A DNA stretch of 64,000 nucleotides. It comes from Hyphochytrium catenoides. Taxonomy: Eukaryota > Protista > Hyphochytriomycota. Below are positions 11,911 through 23,653 of this stretch, in pieces. Every line of letters starts with the position of its first letter. Position 1 is the stretch's first letter. The translations under genes were made by a program, and so were the position numbers. The notes beneath the pieces were generated by a model. The model was not told where the DNA came from, did not search any database, and was given only the letters and a program-made list of their open reading frames with translations. The stretch lies in the NCBI GenBank assembly GCA_900088475.1, contig FLMG01000355.1, positions 326,275 through 390,274 of the forward strand. The letters run 5' to 3'.

Positions 11911-13712
11911 TTACTTCCTTCCTCGGCCTTTGTCTTTGTCCTTGTTCATATACTGCTCCTTAGGAAAGTTCGTGATGGCTTGCTCCCCATGATACTGAAG
12001 GGCTGCGAGATCATAGGCCTTGGCTGCCTCCACCTCGGTCTCATACAGGCCTAGCTCAATCTTCCTTCCTCCCACCGTGATGCGCGCCCTCCATTTCTTC
12101 TTGTCCTTGCGATAGTACGCACCTCTGAAGGGTTGGTCCTCGGCATGCTCGCTGTGCAAGACCCCAAGTAAGCCAAATCGTTATCCCACCTTCGTCCTGA
12201 AAAGAATCTCTCGCTCTGCTGCCCCTACCATGCGCGGAACTGATAACCGGACGTCTTCCGCCTCCTTCCGTACATTCTAGATTTTTCACTGCGATGTTCT
12301 CTACTTTTCTCTACCCTGTGAGAATCCTTTCTCTCTCTCACACACACACATTAAAGCTTCATAGAAACACTTCTGAATCTTACCTAGGGTCCTGATGTTT
12401 CACCAGTGACTCCTTCAACTCTGGAGGCTCTGGCATAGAACACTGCTGCTTTACGAGCTGATAGTAGCTTGCTGCGGATTTTGTTGTCCTCTCATCCGCT
12501 CTGATGGTTGCCTCATCGATAGCGTCCATGATAAAGGCTCGCACCGCGTCCATGGTGTGAACGCTACCGCTTTGAATCTTGTCTCTCAGTGTCTCTAAGG
12601 GTACCGACCACCAATATAACAGGAGCAGCGAGACAACAGCAAAGCAAGACAGGGGCCAAATGTCAGGACAGAAATGGACCGAAATACAGAGTAGGAGAGA
12701 AGAGTCCATCTCCGCATCATAAAGAGCCCACGGCGGCGGCACAATCTATTGAGAAGTAGGTCGTGGTCACGCTTCCCGATGACTTAAGATAGCCATAATA
12801 GACACATAGACACAAAGACAAACAATCGCCTCATTCAGGCAAAATAAGCAAGAAATGGATAAAGGCTCTTCCTCTACCACTGTGTGACGGCCCCCACCAA
12901 CTTACCAATGGCCCTCGTCATAGAAGGAGCAATCTCTAAGAAGTTATGGTCGGTCAGATTGTTCAGTATGCTCTGAAACCACCGCCGTCTTCTGTTAAAG
13001 TTCACATTTGCCGTTTTCTTCCTCCGCGCCATGGTATCTTTGGTCTGCTGCGGGTATCTGGAGCAAAGATAAGATAGATGGCCTTGCCTAGTCAGGTTAT
13101 GACTTACTTTTTAGGCGGAGCTCCAGGTTTGGCTTTGATCCAGATCTTCAAGGCGTTGTTGAGCTGTGCACGAACTTTGAAAGGCATTTAAGGAACTCTG
13201 CATCGTCCCTGAAGGTGAAGCTATGGCTCACCGGTTTCATGCTCTCGAATCAGTGCCTCAAAAGCTTTGATTAGCGTCGGGCTGACATTGGAGAAGATTA
13301 GAGACGGTAGAATAGCATGAGGCTTAGATGTGAAACGTACTCTGCATTTTCGACTACTTCCTTTAGTTCTGAGGCTACAGGGAAGGGCTTCACTGGATAT
13401 AATGAGGCGAATGTGTCCGTCCTAAGCCGCTTGGTGGCCTCCTGTTGCTCGACAGCAGCAGCCTGCGCCCCCTACAGATGATTAGGCCCCCACAGCCGAC
13501 CTAGATCTTTTACTGGAGGCTCGAAGACTACCAACCTCTTTACGCGTCTCATCCGTAGGAGTCTTTGCGGGAGAAGGCTCTGTAGAGTTTCTCGTCCGCC
13601 TCTTGTTGACGCTGTTTGTGCTATAATGGGCCAAGTAGGTCAAAAGAACAAGGGTTAGACTCATCTATCGTGGCTGTTGGCGTCTCTTCAACCAGTATAA
13701 CCCCTACCTCAT
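11911..13712 (-). CDS. AP2/ERF-domain DNA-binding protein (~340 aa, ~9 exons, AP2 at the C-terminus)
   Basis: Last exon FRGAYYRKDKKKWRARITVGGRKIELGLYETEVEAAKAYDLAALQYHGEQAITNFP is a canonical AP2 domain. Upstream exons join in phase through GT-AG introns (KHQDPR|VEKSRE...QFRAC|EHAEDQ). Start codon is tentative. Confidence 0.85.
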
Positions 13713-14561
13713 ATTTCTCTGGTTGGATGGAAGAGCGCCAGAAGGCCAGGTAACCTCAGCTCAGCATCCAACGCCTCCCTTCCTGTCTGGTTGTATACTC
13801 TGAAGAGACTCCAATGCCTGCCAACCGAATGAAGCTATGAATCCCTCTGCCAGTGCTAGCTAACTGATAGTTGTTGAGCCTTTTATCGAGCTCCGCGGAG
13901 GATCTGGCGCTCCTCCAACAGCAACATCAAAAAGCTCCACACTGAGACTCAAAAATAGATAACCCAGGTCAGCACAATAACCATAATGGGGCTATTGGGC
14001 CTAGGAAGACTCACAGCACTCTAAGAAGGATAGGATCCAAAATAGGTTAACCCAGTTGGCCGATCCTGCTCTTCTTGCTTCTTGTGGCGCCGCCGCTGCG
14101 CGACTTCCAGGAGACAAGCGCACAAAGGAAAAAGTGGAGCAGGCTTGAGCTTCTTGTCTGGCCGTTCTCTCCTCTTTCTTTAAAGCACTTTTGGCTGCTT
14201 GGAGCTTTGTCGGTGCATCACCGCTCTATATGTGACTATGAGCTGCACTTTACTGACTCCAGTTGACCTGAGCATAAGCTAATTATACCTTCTGCCACTC
14301 TATGATATCCTACCTGCGACCTGAGATTGCGTAGGCTCTAGTCGTACTCACGTGTCACCGATCTTTTCCGCTTGTACATTGGAGGCGCTAGCATGTCCTC
14401 TTATGCGGACTGAAAGAGAAACACGAACCTCATTGGCGTCGGCGTAAAGGGAGATTGGGGAAAGGAACTGACACACGTGCTCACAGTTTTGAAGGGATTG
14501 CCTTTGCTCTTGACTCCCTTTGATCCCGCAAAGCACACCCTGAGTTATCCATCCTGACAGG

Positions 14562-17500
14562 ATGGGGGACCTCTTTCGACAGTATGACCATGGCCTTGAG
14601 GAGGTGGGCGAGTTCCCGGCGAAACACGTTATCAATAACCTTACCATGATAGCCGAGGATAACATCGTCAGGGCAGCCGACATCGCAGACTTAATCATAA
14701 AGAAAATCTTCAATGTATGTACTCCAGGGGGACAGGAAAGGGTCAAGGAGGCAGTAGAGTAGGCAAGATAGGAATACCATTCGTTAGAAGCTCTCTCAGT
14801 ATGAATCAACCAGCGACAGGGGAGGCTTGGGAGCGGTAAAGGAAGATGTAGATGACATCGAATACGTCCCAGGAGGGTTCTGCTTGGTGGCCTATGGTGC
14901 AAAGTCTACTGGGCTCTCTCCTTTTGCTCTTCTTCTCTCCGCCTCTCTCGCTTATACGCGTTGCTTTCTGTCTATGCCTTCTCTTCTGGTCTTCCTTTTT
15001 CCTTGAAAATCTTTGGTGTGTGCTGGTTATCTCTATTGCAGACGGCGCCAAGGCGAAAGATTCCCCTGTGTTACCTCATGGATTCGATACTTAAGAACGT
15101 GAGAGACGTGTACATCGGCTTTTTTGGCGCGCACATTGTGGAGATCTTCGACCACTGCTGGGAAACTGTAAGCCACTTGCGTAGTCTATGTTGGACGTCT
15201 ACGATCGACTGCTGACGTCTTATTAACACATTTCCCTCTTTATCTTTCTTTGTGTGTCACTCCGGGCCCTAAATCTGGTGGTGCTTTATCTCATGGGCGT
15301 TGTCTACATAGTAGTAACTTTCCCTTTCCGCTGTTGTTGACCATTATCGTATCGCAAGCTAAGGAAGCATGTCTCTGTTTATCTCATGCACGTTGCTGCA
15401 CGATCATCTATGTAGGTTGGCAGAGATGATGATAGAGCCAGACTCGAACGCCTCTTGCGGACATGGGAAGAGATGCGCCTTTTTTCTGACATGAAACTAC
15501 GAGCAATGAGGGCAAGGGTGCAACAGGGAGTGGCTCAGCCTCTCGTTTATCAGTCTTACGCACCGCAGCCGATGGCTCCTGGACCTCCAATGGTGATGGG
15601 AAGGGGTCCTAGACCAGGGTTCAGGCCAAGACCCCCACCAATGCACCAGCCACCACTCATGCGTCCTGCGGCTCCACCGGTGAATAGGTACATTCTTATA
15701 TCCCTTCCTCTATTCTACCTATCTCTCCGCCTAGGAGCTTTGTCTGTTCTAAGCTGATAGCCCAGCGACGTTTCGTAAGACTCTTCTGCTTATTGTTAGC
15801 CTCTGTCTCACTTCTGTAGCACGGAACCCGTTGACTTGTTTTATAATTTACCTCTCTGTACGGACAACGCTGCGTTCCCTCCTGTTATGCCCTAATCTCA
15901 ATAAATGATAGATTGCAGGGCTTACTCACCTTCTTCTCATCCTCTGTCTCGTCGTTTGGGGCATTGGGCTTTTGCCCCTCCCTGCGACTTGCTTGACATC
16001 GCCCCTGCTAGGCCTGGCCCGGGTGCTCTGCCCCCTCGGTCAACGGAGGATGATGAGCTTCGTCGTATTCTTGTTCAACTGCAAGACAGCATGGGCATTC
16101 CTCCAGATACAAGGATGACTTTAGAGGAAGTGAGACAAGGCAATCCGACCCTTTATGGGCAGCTTCTACAGTATAGAGAGCAAGGTGCCAGCGGATCCCG
16201 CGCAGGACCTCCCACAAGAGGAGCTGGACCGGGACCTATCCCTTCGAGAGCTGGACACATACACCCCGCAGGAGCGCAAGGTCATCCTATTCGAGAGCCA
16301 GCTCCTCTTCAAGGTGAGCCTTCGGAGAACTCATTGCTAGAGCCTTTACCATCATGAGGCCTTTGACTGTCAGCTTGTTTCCTTGTTCTTAATGACTTCC
16401 ACTCCATCCTACTCACCCTCCCCCTTCCTTTACTCCATCCTACTCACTCTTCCCCTCCTTTGTGGTGGCCGGCTACCGTCAGCGAGGCAGCCTGCAGTCG
16501 TAGGTCATCCAAGCCGTACCCAAACTCAGGTGTCTGCCTCAACAATTGGAGGTATGGGTATAATCTCCCTTCAAACTTCTTTTGCTTACTTGCCATACCG
16601 GCTGCTAAGTTCCACCTTGCTAGCTTTGCTGTTGCCAACTCCGACTTCCTACTCTAGCGTACTCCATGTGTCCTTCTTTCTAGATAGATGCGTTTCTAAT
16701 GGGTATGGGGAGCAGCGACCGCGTCTCTTCCGCCAGCTGCGAACAAGAATTTGCAGGAGATCCTTGCACGGCTGAAGTCTCAGAAAGAGCAGAGTCAGAT
16801 CGGGTCTCAAGCCTATCGTCAGCCTGCAGAGCAAAGGTTCGATGGGGGCCGAGTGATCAATGGTAGAGCGTCTGGTGATGCTAGTGGAAGAGGTCGCACT
16901 CCAAGTCCAGGGCCAAGCACAGGTCAGGCGCATCCGTCTCTTTTGCGACCCGCTTTCTAAAGCGGGTCTATATTCGTTGCATCTCTAGTACCTCCATCTC
17001 CTCTCTCTTGTACTCTTTTAACCCGGCCAAACGATCTTATTATGTTTGCAGGTCCAATCAAGCATACACAGTTCACACAGATCAAGAACGATAAAGAGTG
17101 AGTTTAGTGTGTCCTACAATCTCACAGAGGCGGTTCATGGCTGTCCCTGAGTAGCTTTAACCAGCCAATCTAGGGATTCTATCTACATCCATCTCATCAC
17201 TTTTGTCCGGTCCATAAGCCACCATTGTGATTCTGAAGTCGCCCTTCCTTTTTTGACCCACTGTCTTCTCTGACATTCCCCAGCCGCCATGAGATTGTTA
17301 TCATGGCTTTGTACAAGCAGTTTCCCCTGCAATGCGCACAGTGTGGGCTAAGGCTTGAGTCGAAAGAGAAGGTAGTGTATGACCTTCGTCGGACTGCTCA
17401 AATGCCCATCACTGGGTCCAATTATAAACTAGGCATCCGGGGATCGTCGGACCTCTCCATCGCCCTCCTGTTGGCATGCCCTCTGTACTTTCGTCGTATT

Positions 17501-19049
17501 CATTTTTGAGCGCTGTCTCAGCTTTCGAGCTCCCTTGGCCACTTCTGCTCTCAGATTTCGGTTTTGCTCCTTATACTCTTTCTCACTTCGTTGACACACT
17601 GCTGCCTGTATGTTGGCCAGCTCAATGATTCAATATGTTTCACTCTATTGTAGATGGCTTCACACTATGATGCGCATTTCCGGATTAATAAGGCTCGCCA
17701 AGAAAGGGCCCATGGATCCACCTCTCGGTCTTGGTACCAGCTTCTCCGGACCTGGCAGTCGGATTTCAGCGAGTTAGACGAGACCAGAGGAGAGCAAACT
17801 TCCTCCATATTTGAGAGACAGGATTCAGGTATGAGAGCCTCCCTTTATACTCTTAATCAGTTTTCCGGTATCGTGTAGCAACATCATATGGGAGTTAGCC
17901 CTTTATTCGTTACCACACTGCACATGCTGCGGGTTTTGGTACCTTCATAACGTCAGCTGTCTTTTGCTGCCATTAGGTGACACTCCTGAGGAGAACAAGT
18001 ATACGAGCTACTGTGTTCCCGCAGATGATTCCATTACGAAGTGCCGGATATGCGGGTATGTCATTCTCATGTCGGTCCATTGAAAGAGGCTTGAGTTTTT
18101 TAATCTGGCCGTTGGACCGTTGCTGCCTCATCAGAGAGACTTTTGAACGCTTCTACAACGACGAAGAAGAGGAATGGATGTATCGGTAAGTTCACGGCTT
18201 GTGGAGTCAGGCAAATGGCATAGCCGGTCAACCTCAATTTACCTAAAGACTGAAAGCTACAGATCAGATATCCACACCTTGCGACGATAGAACCGCAGAG
18301 GTTCGAAAGATCGGACTGCCTCATTAATATTGCTGAAGACATAGAGCAAGACAGAAAGAGAGAAAGGAAGAGAGAAAGAGGGAGGGAGAGCATTAGAAGA
18401 ACTGCGGGTGGGAAGGACCTGGGAAAGATCTAATTGACATGTTGCTAGCGGTGCTGTCCCAGGAAAAATTTCCAGTGAGACTCCTGGAGGACCGTCAATC
18501 GAGACCATATTCCATAAGCGATGCTCCGATGCTGTCCTCAAACATTCCACTGCCATCACCCAAGGACACCTAGTGCCTTGGTCGCCTGAGGCGAAGCCAG
18601 CGGGGCTAAGTACTATGAGTTGGGCTGATGTGGCAGAAGCTGTAAGAGCTTCACAAGGTGAGGACCCAACTGAAAACAGACGAGATGAAGCTGAAGGAGT
18701 ATCTGGAGGGCCAGCGAGCGAAACAGACCCTGCAAGAGAATGAGGGACAGCGGGTGAAGGAGGAAGGAAAGGATAGCAACAGAAAAAGATTCTTTGTCTT
18801 ATAGTGACTCCTATCGTTCTTCAGGGGTGAACGAGGACATTAAGGCTGAGCCTATCAAGGAAGAGGAAGGCATCCATCCGAAGGTTGAGATACCTCCACC
18901 GGAAGAGGAGCAGAGCGATACTAATGTGTCACCTAAGGAGGTGAGGACAGCCTTTTGCCATGTCTCTTTCTGTCGACAAGACTGAGCCTACCTCTAAGCA
19001 GGAGCCTACAGAGGAAGGAGGACCGCGAAAGAAGCGAGCCCGATTCTAA
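14562..19049 (+). CDS. PCF11: Pre-mRNA cleavage/polyadenylation factor Pcf11 (multi-exon)
   Basis: CID domain (KHVINNLTMIAED; KIPLCYLMDSILKNV; LLRTWEEM), Pro-rich middle, zinc-finger/Clp1-binding region (LYKQFPLQCAQCGLR; HYDAHFRINK..SRSWY; CRICG|ETFERFYNDEEEEWMY; FHKRC). C-terminal exons and the stop are less certain. Confidence 0.92.
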
Positions 19050-21474
19050 ACATTAGTATTAAGTCCATAGGAACAGATCCACAGATCCCGGAAGCACCTT
19101 CCCATAGTCGTTAGCTCCCGCAGCCTGGGCATAACCCAAAAGGACCTAAAAGCTACTAACAGCCTTAACTATCAGGCGTATAGCCAGCAGGCATAGGACG
19201 GAATATGCCGGAAGCCCTCAATTGGAAGACTCTCCAGGGCTCTATCACACTTGGCGCATGGCTATAGAAAGAGGCAGCTCCTCACGGCGTGGTCAAGCGT
19301 CGCAAGAAGACGGCTTGTTGCTTGCGCTAAAAGAGGCTCCAGTCACTTGGGAGTGGTTAGGATCATAGTCAAGGATGATTCATACGATAAAGATTGTTAT
19401 AGATGGACATCCAGGACTATCACTTGTTGCTTTCACGCTGTTAGCTCTGCGAGGAGGTTTTATTAAATTATCATGGGGTTGTCGACGGCGATGGTGGCTG
19501 CAGCCTGTCAGCACTGAATTTAATGACCATTCGGACAAGCAAGCACAACTACCTTCAGACAAGCGTCTGCAGGGACTTCGAGAAGTAGGAATCGAAGGTT
19601 GAGAAGCAGGACGAACACCACTTGATAAGCTTCACTCTATATGGCCTTCAAAGATCCAAGGCCGAGAATCACACCTCAACCGCTAATGGGCGACCTCAGC
19701 TAACAGCTTTATATTCATGGCAATGGCTTTATTTAAAGAGCTGTGACTTATTGCTTAAGAGGGCGGGTCCACATTCCCTCTGAGAGGAGAAGAACTAAGG
19801 CACATAACCAGCTACTGAGCACAGGCCCGAAGTGTCTATAAGGAAAAGATATGCCCAACGCACTGTCTGCTTATGCATTATAGCCGCGAGGCAAGCACAA
19901 GACAACGTAAGCACATTGGCACTTCAATATTTGCTGAAGTAAACCCCATTCAATCACGGGCGTCCTGATGGGAGTACGAATCAGCACATGCACCAAAGAG
20001 AGGTGTTACATCTTACAAATAACAGTGAAGGCCTCCTTATCCTTGACGCAATATCCATGGACACGAAGACTTTCTAAGACACATCTATTGATTGCTCTCC
20101 ATGGCAATGTCAGCCAACTCTGTCCAACAAAATCCCTTCGCGGGGGGGTGGGGGAGAAGAACTTCGCTTGCTGCGGCAAGCAAGTCAGATTGACTACATG
20201 CGGTCTTCCTCAACCAAACGTATCCAGTCCGTTCTCAGACGCCGCTTCACAAGATGAAATGGCCGAGATGCTACAAAGAGTGGATGACAAGTGCACCTAG
20301 TTCTTAGCCATGACCTTAAGATCAATGCCTCAAGCAGAGCCACCAGTGCAGCACTGGATGATCGAAGTGTATCAACAGGCACTATCAAGCGACATCTTTG
20401 TTATCTTAACAGGTCGCGCAAGTTGTCTCCTGACAAGGCTCTGATGGGTCTTGGTTGCGTGGCTTGTGACCTTGCAGTGGTATCTTGCTGAATGACAGCG
20501 GACGCGAGAAGAACGGCCAAGATATCTTTCCTGTAGTGCTGCTCCCCGTACCCTCACCACACATCCCACATTTTAGACAGGCCTTTAAGCCTAACATTTC
20601 TGGACCCCAGAGGAATGTCCTCTAATGTAAGGATCATAGAGACCCAGCTAGCCAGTTCTGATATAAAGACCCTCCTTTTTGATTCTTTCCTTTTAGCATG
20701 GAAAGCTTCCTTTGAATCCTTCCTCACTCTAGCTAGGGCTTTGAGTGAAAGTTCCGTAAAGTACGGAAAGAACGAAGGTTTCAGATTTTCACAAGAGTAT
20801 GCAGCATCCACAACCCCAACCCAACTGACCCTATTCTGAATGTATTTGCTTACATTTAACATAAGTTAATGATTATCAGTGATAGCGTGGGTTCTGCCAA
20901 AAATAACGCCCCAATCCTGGCTCCGTGGCTGTCATCAGAACAGGAATCAGACCTTCCCAGATGATCAGTAAGCAAGGCACAGATGTTACTTCGCAGCTTC
21001 AAAGCTACTACTTCTGCTGCTGCTGCTTCCACTCTGTCTCTTCTATTGCTTTCCTCTCTTCTTTGCCCCACTCTTCTCTTCCTTTCCTCCTCTTCTTCCT
21101 CCCTACACTTCTCACCTCCCTCTCTACTTTCCCCCTGTCTCCCGCATTGCTCTCCCTTGCTTCTCTCCTCTCTTACCCTCCTATATCTCCCTCTATCTAC
21201 TTGGAAGTCCACCTAAGAGCTACTCTCCATGTTTGCAGGTCTTTCAAGCGACATTCACTTTTTGCTCTCCCTGAAGCGACACTTGGACGTGAAGCAAGTT
21301 CCAAGCAAATCAGCTCACTATGCACTTCTTCAGACTCCTCAGCAACGTCAACTCTGAACAATAGTCATTCATAAGTTGTCTCTCCTGCAACAACACTCCC
21401 AAGAGCGCGGTTTTGCGCAGCGTTGGCGCCACCCTAAGGATCCTTTATAGAGCGTCTGAAGTCTATCAGCCACA

Positions 21475-22206
21475 ATGACGGAGATGAAATGCAGATATCG
21501 GACGGGAAAGTGCAGCAATACACGAGCCGTCAAGCAGGACGGAACGCTGCACAACTTGTGCGAAGCACATAGACAAAAAGCTAATGAGAGTCAGAGAAAG
21601 CTGGACAGAAAGAAACAGGCAGCAAAGAACATGCTCCGTTCTCCTCCCTCTCCAGTGAAGAGCTCAGTGCAGCGGTACTCCCCTTATGATCAGAACAAAA
21701 GGATAAAACTTTCCAATGAGACGACTGCAAAGGCCGTCACTTCGAACCCAACATCCACGGTGAAGAAAGAGTCAACACCCCATACTACCAAGCGCGCAAG
21801 CTCTATTGTTGCGGCTTCACCTCAGAAGGAGAATCACATCAAGCCAGCTCTTCACACATCTCAACAGGCTCCTACCAGTAAACCTTTTGCTCACACCAGG
21901 AAGGACACGATTCTCACCTCGCGAGGACGGACTGACCTAATGGTCCGTACGCTGCCTGACGAGAAGTCAATGGTCCTCAACTCTGTGGCCCCAACTTATA
22001 TCCCAGTTGTCAGTCCTGAAAACGCAGCAGACTTTAAGATTGACCGCTTCTTCAACGATGGCGTTTTTAGCTCCAGTACATCTCATTCTTCTCCAACCAG
22101 TGTCACTGCAACTCTCTCGGCACGTGACCTGGCAGTTATGGATAAGCTGGACTTCTGCTCAGATGATGGATGGGACATTCTGATGTCGGATCCTCTTCTT
22201 CTTTAG
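21475..22206 (+). CDS. Putative transcription regulator with an N-terminal Cys3His (CxYxxGKC...HNLCxxHR) basic module
   Basis: 243-aa intronless ORF. CRYRTGKCSNTRAVKQDGTLHNLCEAHRQKANESQRKLDRKK resembles a motif common in oomycete hypothetical proteins. Ser/Thr-rich middle and an acidic-hydrophobic tail (DDGWDILMSDPLLL). Confidence 0.8.
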   Translation: MTEMKCRYRTGKCSNTRAVKQDGTLHNLCEAHRQKANESQRKLDRKKQAAKNMLRSPPSPVKSSVQRYSPYDQNKRIKLSNETTAKAVTSNPTSTVKKESTPHTTKRASSIVAASPQKENHIKPALHTSQQAPTSKPFAHTRKDTILTSRGRTDLMVRTLPDEKSMVLNSVAPTYIPVVSPENAADFKIDRFFNDGVFSSSTSHSSPTSVTATLSARDLAVMDKLDFCSDDGWDILMSDPLLL

Positions 22207-22740
22207 GTTACTTTCAAAAGGTGTACAAGAACTTGTTTCATAGAAGGATGATGGTGAGTCCGTCGAGGTCCCGTTTGCAGAATGCCATGTGGTGCCATAG
22301 AGAAGATTGCGGCCTTGGAGTAGGGTGGCGGCGCTGTGAATATGATGTGAAGTTTGCTAGTCCTCCCTAGATGTAGTCATAAATAGTCCCCTGTGTTTTA
22401 TAAACCTTAACTTAACGATCCTTTATCTATTGCTGCTCGTTGCGAATGGCACTGCTGTGATATGTATGAGCCCCAAAAGACCAGTGGTGCGAGACTGTTG
22501 AAGGTTATTTTGAGTCAGGCATCCGGACTTCTTACGTCCTTTCAGAGGCATTCGAATAAACATTATGGTCGATAATGAACTCTGGTTGACCTACGACTCC
22601 CACAGTTGAAATCCCTATAAAGTTCTCCTACTACCAACGTGGTTGCCATCATAAACGATCATGAGGTACAGACACCAAGCTTGACAACAAGAGACTTAGA
22701 CTCCACTGCTCGACAGAAGTTACACATCTCATACACACTA

Positions 22741-23554
22741 TCATTCTTTTGCATCCACAAAGTCCTTAAAGTGCATGAGGATGATGAGAGTAAGGTCCTA
22801 ATGCTTCTTCCTACCCGATCTTATAGCTGCCGGTTCGTATGTCTGCCTCGAGGCACATGCCTATCTTGTCTGGCTTTTCACCTTCATCTTCCTTGCGATT
22901 GAGCGGGCGGTGTGCTCATCAACAAACCAACGTAAGAACCTGCTACTGCTGCTGCTCAAGCAACCCCGCCAACAAGCTAGCGCCGCACCACAGTCTTCCA
23001 CTGATGACATCTCCAATGACAGAGAGGACATACAATACAGTAGCAAGGTAGTTGAGGTTCCTGGGGGATAACTCAAGCAGCGGAATGTCACGAAGGTATT
23101 TGACTGAATCCAGTATTAGTCTCAAGTTAGCGTTCATATTCGTTATACAAGGTAGATGCAGCTTACACCAGCTTCTGAATAACCCCAGAAATAGCCTCGG
23201 TATTCCTTTATATCCTCTTCTATATCCGTGATCCAAACTTCAACCTGCAGGACAAAGAGCCAAGCTTCACAAGCTTTGCCGCCAAGCTTTTTCCTTCTGG
23301 AACTTCCGTCTGACGAAGGGACATGAAGACTGGGATCGCGCCTTTCAGCCTTCTCGAGACAGCCTTCAGGTCTCGTCAGGCCTTGCTTTTTATTCTTCTC
23401 CCTTCAGGATCTTCTTTCTCTGCATCTCCGTACCGTGCTTCCTCCTCCTCGCCACTCGTCAGCTGATTGTTCTTGAGAGCTGTTTACTTTGCTGGCAACC
23501 GTTACTTGTAGCTTCCTACGGCCTTTTGAGCTGACCTGGATAGCGCATTAACAT
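22741..23554 (-). CDS. Hypothetical small (~105 aa) six-exon protein
   Basis: Five GT-AG introns (donors gtcagc, gtacgg, gtaagc, gtatgt, gtgaaa) join in compatible phases to give MLMRYPALKNNQLTSGEEEEARLDHGYRRGYKGIPRLFLGLFRSWFKYLRDIPLLELSPRNLNYLATVLFLRWFVDEHTARSIARKMKDLTLIILMHFKDFVDAKE*. No family recognised; two acceptors were chosen to keep the frame. Confidence 0.45.
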
Positions 23555-23653
23555 CGGTTCTCGGTCCTCGAGATCCCTGTTCTTTCTCCTCGTTGTTGGC
23601 TCCTTTGGGCTCTGGGTCTCATTGGCGTAACAGACTTCTTCATAACGGAGAGT

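Noticed and set aside
12380-13030. Separate MIF4G-like gene suggested by FQSILNNLTDHNF
   Set aside because: Similarity is limited to one short motif, and the exons splice in frame to the AP2 exon.
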